Origin: Marsupella aquatica
Taxonomy: Eukaryota; Plantae; Marchantiophyta
Direction of reading: 5' to 3'
Length of the DNA: 64,000 nucleotides
Assembly: GCA_973895155.1 (NCBI GenBank)
Contig: OZ316899.1
Location: 13,395,934-13,459,933 of the forward strand
Part shown: positions 51,520 through 63,149 of the stretch, one piece after another
Layout of the letters: every line of letters begins with the position of its first letter
Numbering within the stretch: the first letter of the stretch is position 1
Notes under the pieces: model-generated
Told to the model about the DNA's origin: nothing
What the model saw: the letters and a program-made list of their open reading frames with translations, nothing else
The model's database searches: none
Made by a program: the position numbers and the translations under genes

Positions 51520-53695
51520 TCAATATTGACGGATATCACATCGACATCCATTTGAACAGGGAGAAATCCAGACGCCGTGGGGAGTGGAGATACAAAGATA
51601 GATGCCACCCCAGAGGCTTCTGAAGACAATACCAGAGCACCATCCGATCCAATTAGTCCCGCCGAGAAAGGGAAGGCGATCGGTCCAGTGGATGCAACCA
51701 GTACAAGGAAGAAGAGGAAAAGGACCATTGAAGGTGGATCTTCCTCTCAAGAAAGTGCATTGCCTTGTTGAATCTAGCATCTCAGAATTCTATGACTCAA
51801 CGTTTAACAAAGGGGAGAAGCCTGACTGGGTGAATGGTGTAGAGAAATGGGGAAAGGATCTCATGAAGTCTAGTTTTTGAGAGAAGGGCGTTGTGCGTGG
51901 GGGAAAGGAGAGATAGTTTGGAGTCCACGCGGGTTTTATCAACCTTTTGACAGGACTTAAAACCATCTCTGCTAGACAGAAAAGTCCCGAAATGGAATGT
52001 CCCCGACCACACATTGGCCACCTCTTTCTTTCATGGAATGGATCCATTTTTATCTGATGACGGAATGTTGGCCATTTTACATAACCGGGAGTACGATCCA
52101 ATGTCTCAGGTTATATCGGCTTGTTAGAAATCAAAGAAGTTTCATTGCATCTCGACACACAATGTTGTCATGTTAGTTCCAATGACGTACGCGCTGAAGA
52201 TTGATCGACGGGTAAATTTCTCATTGTGACATCTGGTTTGCAGTTCAAAGAATGTTTATGAATGCATCCATTGACATACCATTCTTGGGTTATATTTCAG
52301 ATCTTCACCCTCAGGCTGGACGTCTTCTGTCGAGTGTCTGAAAAAGGGAAGGTGCCAAAAGACTCAAGGTTTAGACCTCTATTTGTCACGGAAGATCCCT
52401 CCATAACGAATTTAATTGGACTTCCCTCTCTCAAAGTCGATCCAATACCTAAGATGGAATTTTCTGGGAATGCCCGTTTGTTGATTGGATTCATGCAATC
52501 TGTGATTGAGCTCATCACTCGGCCTAGGGATATTTTCATGGATTGGACAGTGGGGTCGGGTAGCTCTTTTGTAGTTGGAGACTATTCTGGGAGGTTTGTA
52601 ATTGGAGTGGAGAATAGGAAAGATTTTGTTGAAACTGGTTCCAAGGTGTTCTTAGATCTACTTTCTCCAAAGGAAGTCAAAACTTTGCTACCCCCAATTC
52701 AACCACCCGAAAAGAAAAGGAGAGAAAGCTCCGTTCTGTACTTAATTTTGACTCTGACAATGAGTCAAGTGGTGCGACAACAGACAAAGATGAGGATGGC
52801 ACACCTGAGGGGAAGGGTCAGGAACAATCCGCTGGCCAGAGTGACAACGATGACTCTTCCGAGTAATGTTCTGAAACTCGTAAGCTTCTTTCTCCTTTCC
52901 AGTTCCTTCATGCTTTTGTGCTATACAATCGGTTGACAAACTTCTATTCTCACCCAGGTCCAAATGAAATATGAGAAGGCGCTTCAAACTCATAAGAAAA
53001 GTAGCTCGTTTTGAAATTGTCACTCCGGAGAAACCATTTGTTTTACCCTCTTATGCTGAGAACGCTACAAGAATGGAAGATAATCAGAGGACTCTTTTTT
53101 GGAAAAATAAAGGTCTTCGGCTATGGAGAGGAGTTGATAGATTTTTTTTCTAAAATCCTTATGTAGACGATGTTTGTAGAAGCAAGTATGTAGATGATGA
53201 GGCAGTCTCAACCGAGAGGTCACAGAGCTCCGAATCGGAATCGTCCGATTCATGAAACATTTTTGCGGCTAAGATTTTACCAGCGCCAGGCGCTGTTATC
53301 AAAATACATGTATTTATTATCCCAGTTATGATTGGTTTACGTTACATTGATAATAAAATGTATTAAATTCCTCATTTCCCTTACTAGCATCGGGCGCTCC
53401 CCAAATGTCTACTTTTCTAATTACAAATTTTGAATCTTCTGTCCGTTCCATGGCCCCGCATATTTTGTCATTACCGGAAATAGTTGTCTCTTTCTCACAT
53501 GTTGCGGTCGGTCTTTCTCAACGGTCCTTTTTCCGTTGAACCTTGTTGTGTTACATTTTTGCTGATCTATGACCCTAAACTCTCCATTAGGTCACTCTTG
53601 TGAGTCATTTCAGGCACAACCTCTCTCGAAGTCAGGTCATTTCAACAACACCGGTCTTGTCATTAGCCTCAATTTTGTTTAACAGTTCCCACCAG

Positions 53696-54097
53696 ATGGA
53701 GAAGAAGGAACTCATGTCTTTGGAGGAAATGCTTGCCTTCTTTGCTCCTTCCAGAGTTTGACTGGAGGAGAGTCACTTTAGCTCCTTCGAGTCCGTTCAT
53801 GGTGACACTTCCACCGAGACCTCAACTTTCCAAAATCATTTTTCGCTTCCTTATGATGAGGCGATTAGTCTTGGGGAGAGAAACATACCTTGGACTAACG
53901 ACCGGGACACTTTGTGTGCAGTTGCTGATCAGTTTTTGTTTCATGAAGTCATTCCTGCTGATGGTATTCAGCCTATTGAGCATCGAGTGCAAGAGCGATT
54001 GGGACGTGTTGACTTGATACAAATGTTCCAGACCCTGGGAATCAGTATGCAGAGTTTTGGCGCCCCTCGTTGTCTTATGTGCGGCTCAGGGGTCTAG
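53696..54097 (+). pseudogene. Small third ORF of the MULE (unknown function), one internal stop
   Basis: MEKKELMSLEEMLAFF..*..DTLCAVADQFLFHEVIPADGIQPIEHRVQERLGRVDLIQMFQ..; protein-like, no family recognised. Confidence 0.3.
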
Positions 54098-55654
54098 GGT
54101 TCAAGCAAAACCATAGACGGGCCAGGGCAAGCATCGACGATGACTGCCAATCGCAGAGCTAAAGTTGTTCAGGACGGAGGTGGTTTGAGTGACACAAGCT
54201 TTAGTGGCCATAGGCTTGCATACGATTTGCTATTCCTTAATCGCCATTTAAGCTAGCGTCGAGCGCTGCTTTTGTCCGTCTTGGACCATGGGATTTCTTC
54301 TATGGTTGATTCGGAGTTCGTGTATTTTTGGCTACATCTTTAGGCCCATTTTGGATCAACGTCCCAATTATGTGCGGCTCAGGTCAAGAAAAAGCACAGA
54401 CGGGCCAGGGCAGGCTTCGACGACGACTGGAAATCATAGGGATTCTGGTGCTCAGGCCGGAGGTGCTTTCAATGACAGAAGGTCCAGTTTTAGTGTGTTG
54501 GTGACGATTTCCTTTTTAGAGAGCTAGATTTAAGCTAGTGCCAAGCGCTGCTTATGTTCATGTTATGCCGTGGGTTGATTTGGGGATGATCTGCGGTTGG
54601 TGTAATACCGGTTATATGTTTTGACCCATTTTGGAAGTAAAGATTGCAGTTTTGGATCGGCTCTCTTGTTCTTTCATGGTCATTCATTGATTCCATAATG
54701 AGATAGCGCCGAGCGTTGCTTATGTTCATTGTGTTCCGTGTTTAGGCGCAGATGTTGAATTGTATGTTGCAACTATTGATTTCTAGGAGTCCGACATTTA
54801 AGGTAGCGCCCATCGCTGCAAATATTCAACGTCTGTCGTGGCCTCTCTTGGTTGGAAATGCTTGAAATCGAGTTTTTTGTTCACTTCTCGATTGATGTCA
54901 CGTACAATCTCTATCTTTTGCCCTGAAATTCCCCCTTCCCTTCCGGCATACTAGCGCTAGGCGTTGCTAATCTTTGCAAATTTTGGCAACGCCTTTGTTC
55001 TAATGGCCGTTAAGTTTCTTGTTCTCTTCTCGATTGACGGTACGTAGAATCTCCATCTTTTTCATTATTTTAGGAATACCTAAAATTGGCCTTTCCCTGC
55101 CGGCATACTAGCGCTGGGCGTTGGTAATCTTCAGAAATTTTGGCAACGCCTTTTTTCTAATGGCCCTTACTTTCCTTCACAATTGGATGGTGTTATTGAA
55201 AACGACTGAAAATGGGGTTTATATATGGTGTTTTTTTAAACTTTTGACCAAATAATGGAGCTCAATCACATTTTTTTTCCATTTCTCCTGGTAACAATAT
55301 CTGTTTGCTATTACTGTTTCTTGGTTCATGTCGTTTGTAAATACCCCGTTGGAAGGGGAGCAAGCCAAACTTCCAAATTTGGCAACTCTACAACAAATAC
55401 ATGGCAAGATACACCAACCTGGAGTCATAATAACAGTTGGGGTCATGGTAGAGGACGCGGCCTACGTCAAACTAACTTCAATACTCAGAGAGATAAGAAC
55501 CCTGATGCGCCCCAATGTTTTTGCTGTGGCACCAGAGGGCACTTGCAAAATGAATGTAGGGCACCCAGCCATTTAGTCAATTATACCAAGAAAGCTTGAA
55601 TAAACCCCTTACATCATTACAAGGCAACTTCTTAGAAATGAACAATAACATTAC

Positions 55655-58600
55655 TGTTCAATCTCACAAATCATACTCCAGTCTTTACTCATCCAAAGGT
55701 TTATGTACATCAGGTTGTTGCTAAGGCGGTTGGTGGTATAACCGCCTTATATGCCCTAACTTTAGGTAGACTTCTCTTAGGGGTTATAACACTCCCCCTT
55801 GGATGCAACTTTTATAGGGGTAAAGTTGCAGACATTTAAAGTCTACTTATGATAAAGTAAGTTATGTTCTATATCCTATTGTTTGGTATGGTGGTTTGTA
55901 TTGAAGGTGGGGTGTAACCTCATCAAAACCTCCCCTCCTTTCTTGTGGGAGGAAAGAGTATTACCACCCCTATCTTCATTTGTAAAGGAATTTAAACTAT
56001 GTAAGAAAATAATATGGTATTCTAAAGTATTTTGAAGTTGCTAAGACTAATTATGTTATATGTAAGAGAACTAGGCAATTCATAATTGTTCGATAGTTGA
56101 GAGTATTCAGTATTGTGTTGGCGTGGGTTCGGGAAGATTAGGTTGCCGGTTCCTGTGTTTTGTGTTCGAGGAGTATGCTTGGTAATGTTTGAATGATCGG
56201 TATGTGTGCAATGTCGATCAACTTTTGATTGCTGCATTGGGTGAATCGTTGTTTTGGTCCCCGTCTGCTAGTTGTGGAGTTGTCTGCATTGAAGTCGTGT
56301 TTGATCAGTGGTGATTTGCGCATATGTTCATGGTTGCAGGGAAGTTCATCCTCCGCCTCATCTTCTAATTCTTTTGTTGTCCATTTTCTTGTGTCAGTTC
56401 AAGTAAACTACGCATGCTGATAGATTTAGTAAGTGCAGTATGGAGAACCGGGGGTAAGGATTTAGTGAATAGGTCTGCGTTGTTTTCAGAGTTGGGGATC
56501 CATTGGACATCGATTGTATCTCCCTGCTGTTCATGTGCAAAGAAAAATTTGGGAGCAATGTGCTTTGTCCTATCGCCTTTAATGAATCTAGCTGAAATCT
56601 GCTCTATGCATGGTCGATTATCTTCGTAAATGACTGTGGGTGGTAGTAGCTTGGGCATACCTGTCGTGTCTTGAATATATTGGATTATGTTTTGTAGCCA
56701 GATACATTCACGGCTGGCTTCATACAGTGCTATGATCTCGGAGTGATTCGAAGAAGTTGTTGTGAGGGTCTGTTTTGTGCTTCGCCAAGAAATAGCAGTA
56801 GGTCCGAGCATAAAAACGTACCCTGTTTGTGATTTTGCATCAGCCGGGTCGGACAGGTAGCCAGCATCCGTGTAGCTGCTAATGTGATGTCCATTGTGTA
56901 GGGATAAAATAATCCGAGGTTGACCATGCCGCTTAGGTAGCAAAGTATCCGTTTGATGTTGTTCCAATGCCTGATTGTTGGTTGTGCGCTATGACGAGCT
57001 AGTAGATTAACTGCAAATGCAATGTTAGGGCGTGTCTGGGAGGCAAGGAATAATAATGCTCCTATGGTTGACAAATATGGCTTTTCCGAGCCAAGTAGTG
57101 GCTCTCCCTCAGTTCTTTTTTGAAAGATGTCTTTGTCTCTATCCAGTGAACGTAAATCCATTGGTGATTTGACTGGTTTTGTTGTATGCATGTTGAATTG
57201 TTTTAGCATCCTGCGAGTATAAGTGGCTTGGTGGAGGAGTATGCCTGCTGATAGGTGTTCGAACTGTAGTCCGAGGAAGAATGTAGTTCTCCCCAAATCT
57301 CTGATTTTGAATATCTTGTTTAGCTGACGAATCGTTTTGTGCAGGATATTTGGTGTCCCAAATAAGTTGAGATCATCCACATAGATGGCCACTATTATTA
57401 TCTCCTGCTTTTTGTATTTGATAAATAAGCAGGGGGTAAATCAGAGGTTTTGAAGCCCATAGCTAGCATTTCGTTTTTGAAATGTCTATACCAGGTGTGC
57501 CCACTCTGTTTTAACCCGTACATTGAACGAAGGACCTGTACAGCGAAGCGGGTTTGGGCAGTAAGTGCCATTTGTTCTTGTGTTGGCTTAGTAGAAGCCT
57601 ACCATCCTATTGCTTTTGCTGTAGTGTGTAGCACTGCCTTATTGGTGTGGCCAAAAGGGCCGTCACTTTTTGTTGTAATGCCTGTTTGCATGTGCTCCCC
57701 CTGAATGTGGTAATTAACTCTTGTTAATAACTCGAAGGAGCTTCCATGTAGATGGTGGTGTCAAGGTGGCCGTATAGATAAGCAGTAACAATGTCCAGTT
57801 GGTGCATTGTTAGTTTGTGGTGAACTGCGAATGCTATTAGGTATCTGTATGTGATGACGTCCATGACCGGTGAGTAGGTTAGGTCAGAGTCTCTGCCAGG
57901 GATTTGAGTAAATCCCTTAACTACTAAATGGGCCTTGTATCTGACAATCTTGCCTTGTGCATCCCGTTTTTTTATGAAGGTCCATTTATAGCCAGTGAGG
58001 TGGGTATGGGTTGGGGCCGGCCTGATTGGTCCAAAGACTTGTCGGGAAATCAATGAGTCCAGCTTCGAGTTAATGGCTGTCTGCCATTCTGGCCAATCTT
58101 GTTGCTTCTGGGCTTCTGTTATCGTTGTCGGATCAGGTGAGTCCTCCATGATCTCTTGTGATATCTGGAATGCGAATGTGCTATCTGGGATTGATGTATC
58201 TCTGTTCCAGATATTGCCTGTGGAGTTGTAATTGATGGCTATTTCTTCATTTTTGGGTGGAGGGATGTTGTGTGGTGCTCTCCTCTGTCGTGGTTGTTTG
58301 TCGGTGGCCCCAAGTGGGCGCCCCCGTTTCCTCCATGGCTCAGCATTGTTTACTGGTTGGTTATCTATGTCGATTTTGGAGGGTGTTGGCTGTAGGTATG
58401 TGGAATCTGGTGACTTTTGCAGCATCAGCAAATGCATCGGGAAGCTCCTCCATTATTCTGTTGAGGTGTAAGATCCGTTGGACTTCCATATCGGTTTGTG
58501 TGGTCCTAGGGTCATTCCAGAATTTAGAATTGAGTTGCCATGCTAGTTTTGGCAATGGGGTGGTTTTTTGACCGGTGCTGAGTGTTGGAAATATATTTTC

Positions 58601-61432
58601 ATAAAAATGGCAGTCGACAAAGCGGGCTTTGTATACGTTTGCGGTAGTAGGTTCTAGGTAGCGTATGATTGATGTGGAGTCAAACCCAATGTAAATTCAT
58701 TTCTGTCGTTGGGGGCGTAGTTTGGTCCTCTTGGGTCCCATAATTGGGACCAGAACCTGGCACCTGAATGTCCTTAGGTTTGCCAGGTTTGGTATTGTCC
58801 CGAATGCCAAGTGGTGGGGGGAGCTGGTGTTAAAAGCGGATGGTCTATATTGGAGTAGAGATGCAACATGTAGGATAGCGTGCCCCCAAGCTGTGGGGGG
58901 AAGCTGTGTTTGCATCAATAGGGGCCTCGCTATGAATTGTAGTCTCTTAATCAGGGATTCAGCGATTCCATTCTGGAAGTGCGCATATGCTACTGGGTAT
59001 TCGACCTCTATTCCTGCGGCTAGGCAAAAGTCATCAAATGTCTTTGATGTGAATTCTCCGGCATTGTCTACTCGTAAAGTCTGGATGGGGTGATCAGGGA
59101 ATTGTGCTTTCAGGTGTAGGATGTGAGCTAATAGGCGTGAGAAGACTAGGTTCCATGTGGATAAGAGAGATACTTGAGACCATTTTGATGAAGCATCTAT
59201 TGTAGCCAGAAAGTATCTAAAGGGGCCGCTTGGTGGGTCTATAGGGCCGCAGACGTTGGCGTGAATGCGTTCTAAGAATTGAGGTATGTTCTTGTCTATG
59301 GTTGAGGGTGATGGTCTAATAGTAAGTTTTCCCTACGAGCAAGCCAAGCAGGGGGCTTTTATTGAGGTTGGACGCACTATGTGTGGTATTCCCTGGGTAT
59401 CTTTGATAATTTTGTGGAACATTTGTGTGCCAGGGTGACCCAAACGGCGGTGCCATATTTTGGTGGGTGTGAGTGTAGGGGTGTCAGTATGGAAGGTGTT
59501 GATCCAAATGGGGTAGAACCCCATTGGGAAGGCCATCAATGTTTCTTTGATTTCTATGCCTTTTGGGATATTTGCTATGATGTGTAATACTTCTCGGGAG
59601 TCCTGAATGCTCGTATGGATATGTAGGCCATTGTCTCAAATATCCTTGAAGCTTAGGAGATTGCGCGTGGCCTTGGGGGCGTAGATGGCTGACTGTATAT
59701 AAATGGGTGTTACTTGTGGGAGTAGTAGTTTTGCAGGGCAGTGCCCCTCCTCCAGTTGGTGGTGGCCCATTATCGTGGTCACTCTACGTTGTGATGGGGT
59801 GATATAGGTGAAATAAGTTTTAATGCTGAGTATCAAATGTGAAGTTCCACTATCCACTATACAGAAGGCAGGGTCATCGGGAGCCATTTGCATCTCAGAC
59901 TGGAAAGCAAGGTGCATTTTAGGTAAGATATTTGGCATTTCCAAGAATGCTCTGTGCGTTTCATATTCATCACTTTGTTGTTGCTTTTGGTATAATGCGA
60001 CTAAGTGTGCCGGTGCTCGGCATGTTTTCTTCATGTGTCCTTTAGTCCCACACCAATGGCAAATGATTGGGTTGTCTGACTTATCTATATTCGCGTTGTT
60101 TCTCGTCCAGTTGTTTTGGGCTCTTCCAGGTTGAGATCTGCCACGACCCCTGCCTCCTCTGAATGGACTTTGTCCGCCACGTCGTGAAGAATTGCCACGA
60201 CCACGGAAGGTGTTCCTTCCTCTATTGCCCCCTCAGCCCCTGTATGTCATGGATGAACCATGTCTCCAAGTGTTGAAGTGAGTTTTGGGGTTCGGTTGAG
60301 GAGGTAGAGTGTCGGGGGGTCTTTGCTTGGTGTTCTGTAGTAGGAGGATTTGGTATTTCTCTGCTAACAACATATGAGAAATCAGGTCTGAGTATGTAGT
60401 GAACCGCATGTTGCGATATTGTGTAGATAGTACCAGATTTGTTGAATGAAATGTTGAGAGGGTTTTTCCGATTTGCTCTTCATTGCCGACTGGGTGGTCA
60501 CAAATCGCCAGTTGGGAGACGATGCGGAACAATTCACTATTGTATTCGACAATCATCTTGTGGTCCTCCACACGTAGATTAATCCAATCATGTCTTGCCG
60601 CAGGTGAAAATATTGTGCATGTATGGTCAAACCTAGCATGGGGCTCGTACCAAAGTACTCGGGGGTTATATGCGTTCATGTATTTGACGCTTCAAGGAGT
60701 CTGCTAGGTGATGTCGGATCAGAATCAATGCCTTCGCCTTCTCTTGAAGGGTTGGGCCGTTATCAGTGATAATAGTATCCTCAAGGTTCTTGGATGCCAG
60801 ATGAGCCTCGACGTCCAATGTCCAGGATAGGAAATTGGAGCCATCAATGCACAGAGCTTGAAAATATAATTTCTCAATGGTATTCGTAGCCATTGTTTCT
60901 GGTAGGGTAGATTCACACTGTATGTGGAGGGGGATCCTTGCTCAGCCGTATTCAGTCTTGTGTGGTGAACATTAGGTGGCTTCGGCTGCCTCACATCTAT
61001 ATAAGTTATGCAGGATTTTGCATTGTAATTGGGTGACGGCAATCCATTTTTGATGATGAATTTGATGAATTGCTATTTTGGTGAACTTATAGATTGTCAA
61101 TGCATGGAGGTCTAAAGGAAATTGTGATTGCCGATTGTTCCACTGTTTTTTTTTGTGGACTGCGATTGAGGGATGGGGCTAATGATGGGAGAAAGAAAAT
61201 TAAATTGAATCCTCCCGAACGATCCGATAGTCCAATGTTGTGGCGAAGTCCGATCACTCTCTAAAAAACTGATGAGCACCTTCGTGCTGATAACGTGTTC
61301 AATCTCACAAATCATACTCTAGTCTTTACTCATCCAAAGGTTTATGTACATCAGGTTGTTGCTAAGGCGGTTGGTGGTATAACCGCCTTATATGCCCTAA
61401 CTTTAGGTAGACTTCTCTTAGGGGTTATAACA
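55655..61432 (-). mobile_element. Full-length Bianca-like Ty1/copia element B
   Basis: 137-bp LTRs (55655-55791 and 61296-61432; TG...CA; one mismatch seen). TSD ATTAC (55650-55654 and 61433-61437). PBS CGTTATCAGCACG after the 5' LTR and PPT AAGGGGGAG before the 3' LTR. Confidence 0.96.
56365..60893 (-). pseudogene. gag-pol of copia element B (gag, PR, IN, RT, RNase H), with frameshifts and stops
   Basis: Bianca-type gag LYFQALCIDGSNFLSWTLDVEAHL, protease IVDSGTSH, WHRRLGHPG, integrase core, RT LDIVTAYLYG..IYVDDLN, RNase H YTDAGY..SQTGY..IYEDN..NNADLFTK. Confidence 0.93.
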
Positions 61433-63149
61433 ATTACAGAATTCATGCACGCCCCTGCATCACCTAAGACACACACTATAACAATCTCTACAAATGCTAA
61501 AACATTGGAGACACCCATTAATTGTATAGTAGATAGTGGAACTTCCCACTCCATCCTTCGTGAGAAAAAATACTTCACTGAGATTACTCCTTCAAATAGA
61601 GTAATGACAACAATTACTGGCCAAAACCAGATAGAGGAGGGACATGGCCCGGCTACTATAATGTTCCCAAGAGGAACAATTATTAATATAGCATTAGCTA
61701 TATATGCACCAAAAGCAACCCGGAATCTAATAAGCTTTAGAGACATGCATCCTAGATAATCACCTACGCATACATACAAGTAAAAGTGAGAAACATGAAG
61801 CCCTCCACATCATCCAGAAACTACACTTGGATTTGTAATAAAGGAGATACTTCTGGTATACCCCCCGGGTATATACATCACACAGAATGATATATAGTCT
61901 CCACACAGAAATGACATCCCAAAACTTAACTGTTACATGGCATAACAGACTCGGCCACCCCGGCACTAACATGTACCACAAAATTGTGAAAAACACAGTA
62001 GCCATACCTGCAAGCGTCCATCCGTCCTCCTTCACAACACCATGTACAGCTTGCTCACAAGGCAACTTGTGATCAGACATCCAATATCAAAAACCATTCA
62101 CTCCATTCCGGCATTCCTTGAGAGATTAAATACTGATGTTTGCGGCCCTATAGACCCACCTTGTGGACCTTTCCATTTTTTCTTAGCTATTATAGATTCC
62201 TCAACCAAGTGGTCACAAATCTCCCTCCTTGAGCCTACCACTAGGGATTCAAAACAAGATTCCAGGACTGTCACTTCTATGAGAATATTTTCCCTAGCTA
62301 AACTCAGAGAACAATCCCATTGACCCTACTGAAGTGCCCAAGTACACTGGCAAATGAAGCAGCTTTTTCTAAATGACCTAAGAACTAGACAAACAGATGA
62401 TGAAATACAATGAATACTTTACCTTACTAAGATGATGGAAAAACTCCCTGATGTAGCTAATGTTACCCACTCCCACGTTGAAGCTGCGAATATAACTAAC
62501 AGACAATATAGCATACTCAGCCAAGGCAGAGACGTACCTTGACAACAAGGATGGTTGAAATCCATCCAGATGTACCACCTACATCAAACCCACCACTACA
62601 AGGTGAAAATAACAAAATCTCCATCCACTACATGCACACGGGCACAATCTGGTCACGAGAAAGCACTGAAATTAATGAACTCTTTGCATTTAATATATCC
62701 CAAGAGATTACAAATGAAACCCCAGACCCAATAGCAGTTCTAGAGGCACAAAGAAGACCAGACTGGACCCAATGGGAGAATGCTATCAATTTTGAACTGG
62801 ACTCTCTTATACCATATACAAAATTACGGGATACAAGTTTGTATTCATCAAGAACCGGAACGGACAAGGCGTTGTTGTTCGTTACAAAGCAAGACTAGTC
62901 GCCAAGGGCTAGACCCAAATACCAGGCAGGGACTATGACCTGACATATGCTCCGATGATGGATGGTGTAACATACAAATATCTAATTGCATTTGCTCTTC
63001 TACACAAATTAGCAATGCATCTAATGGACGTAGTCACAACATATTTGTATGGCATCTTGGACATAGAGATTTACATGAAAGCACCTCCAGAATTACTACA
63101 GAGAATAGCACTCCATGTTCAGGGGCAGAAAGCACAATGTCTAGACCCA

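Larger units (their letters stand above)
37589..53200 (+). pseudogene. Spliced MULE cargo gene: N-terminal ParB/Srx-like domain and C-terminal beta-class N4C/N6A DNA methyltransferase-like domain; split by the 39731-51115 insertion
   Basis: Exon 1 has FFVFYGNHRLYSW (~38012-38050), resembling the ParB GxHR box. Exons at ~38309-39487, 51560-52109, 52301-52879 and 52958-53200 have GT/AG-type boundaries (two donors read AT, apparently mutated). VIELITRPRDIFMDWTVGSGSSFVVGDYSGRFVIGVE (~52502-52615) matches the N6_N4_Mtase SAM-binding motif. KVPKWN..FLSDDGMLAILH lies upstream. Confidence 0.65.
29720..55125. repeat. Dispersed palindrome family, consensus GCTAGCGCCNGGCGCTAGC (~25 copies)
   Basis: Perfect copy at 37041-37059. 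Variants near 29720, 29840, 31530, 31632, 34418, 36728, 36792, 36894, 37103, 38258, 39512, 39555, 39598, 39700, 51301, 51344, 51387, 51489, 53280, 53384, 54252, 54534, 54702, 54803, 54951 and 55108. Confidence 0.9.
29242..55347 (-). mobile_element. Large Mutator-like (MULE) DNA transposon with degenerate asymmetric ends (26.1 kb including nested insertions)
   Basis: 8-bp TSD GTTGGAAG (29234-29241 and 55348-55355) interrupting the copia gag. Ends are GGGTATAGC... and ...GTAAATACCCC, both shared with the 2098-2447 element. Encodes a SWIM-containing MULE-type transposase. Confidence 0.85.
27829..63149 (+). mobile_element. Bianca-like Ty1/copia element A, host of three nested insertions (continues beyond the 63150 insertion)
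   Basis: Putative short LTR at ~27829-27946, followed by the Bianca-type PBS CGTTATCAGCAC (27947-27958). gag 28533-29241 (FCIDGSNYLTWSLDVEAHL..DWINLQVQDH..YNNELFQIVSQL) resumes at 55356 with the CFCCGTRGHLQNEC knuckle. Protease CIVDSGTSH at ~61525, GAG-pre-integrase WHNRLGHPG at ~61938, a shortened integrase, and RT MDVVTTYLYG at ~63025. The frame is restored when the insertions are removed. Confidence 0.85.

Noticed and set aside
29242-55347. Zisupton/KDZ assignment (8-bp TSD plus SWIM)
   Set aside because: The core motifs (MAD..A..AI..VF, FH, SESxH followed by a C-terminal SWIM) fit MULE transposases better; no KDZ-type CxC or SUMO-protease motifs were seen. A profile search is still needed.
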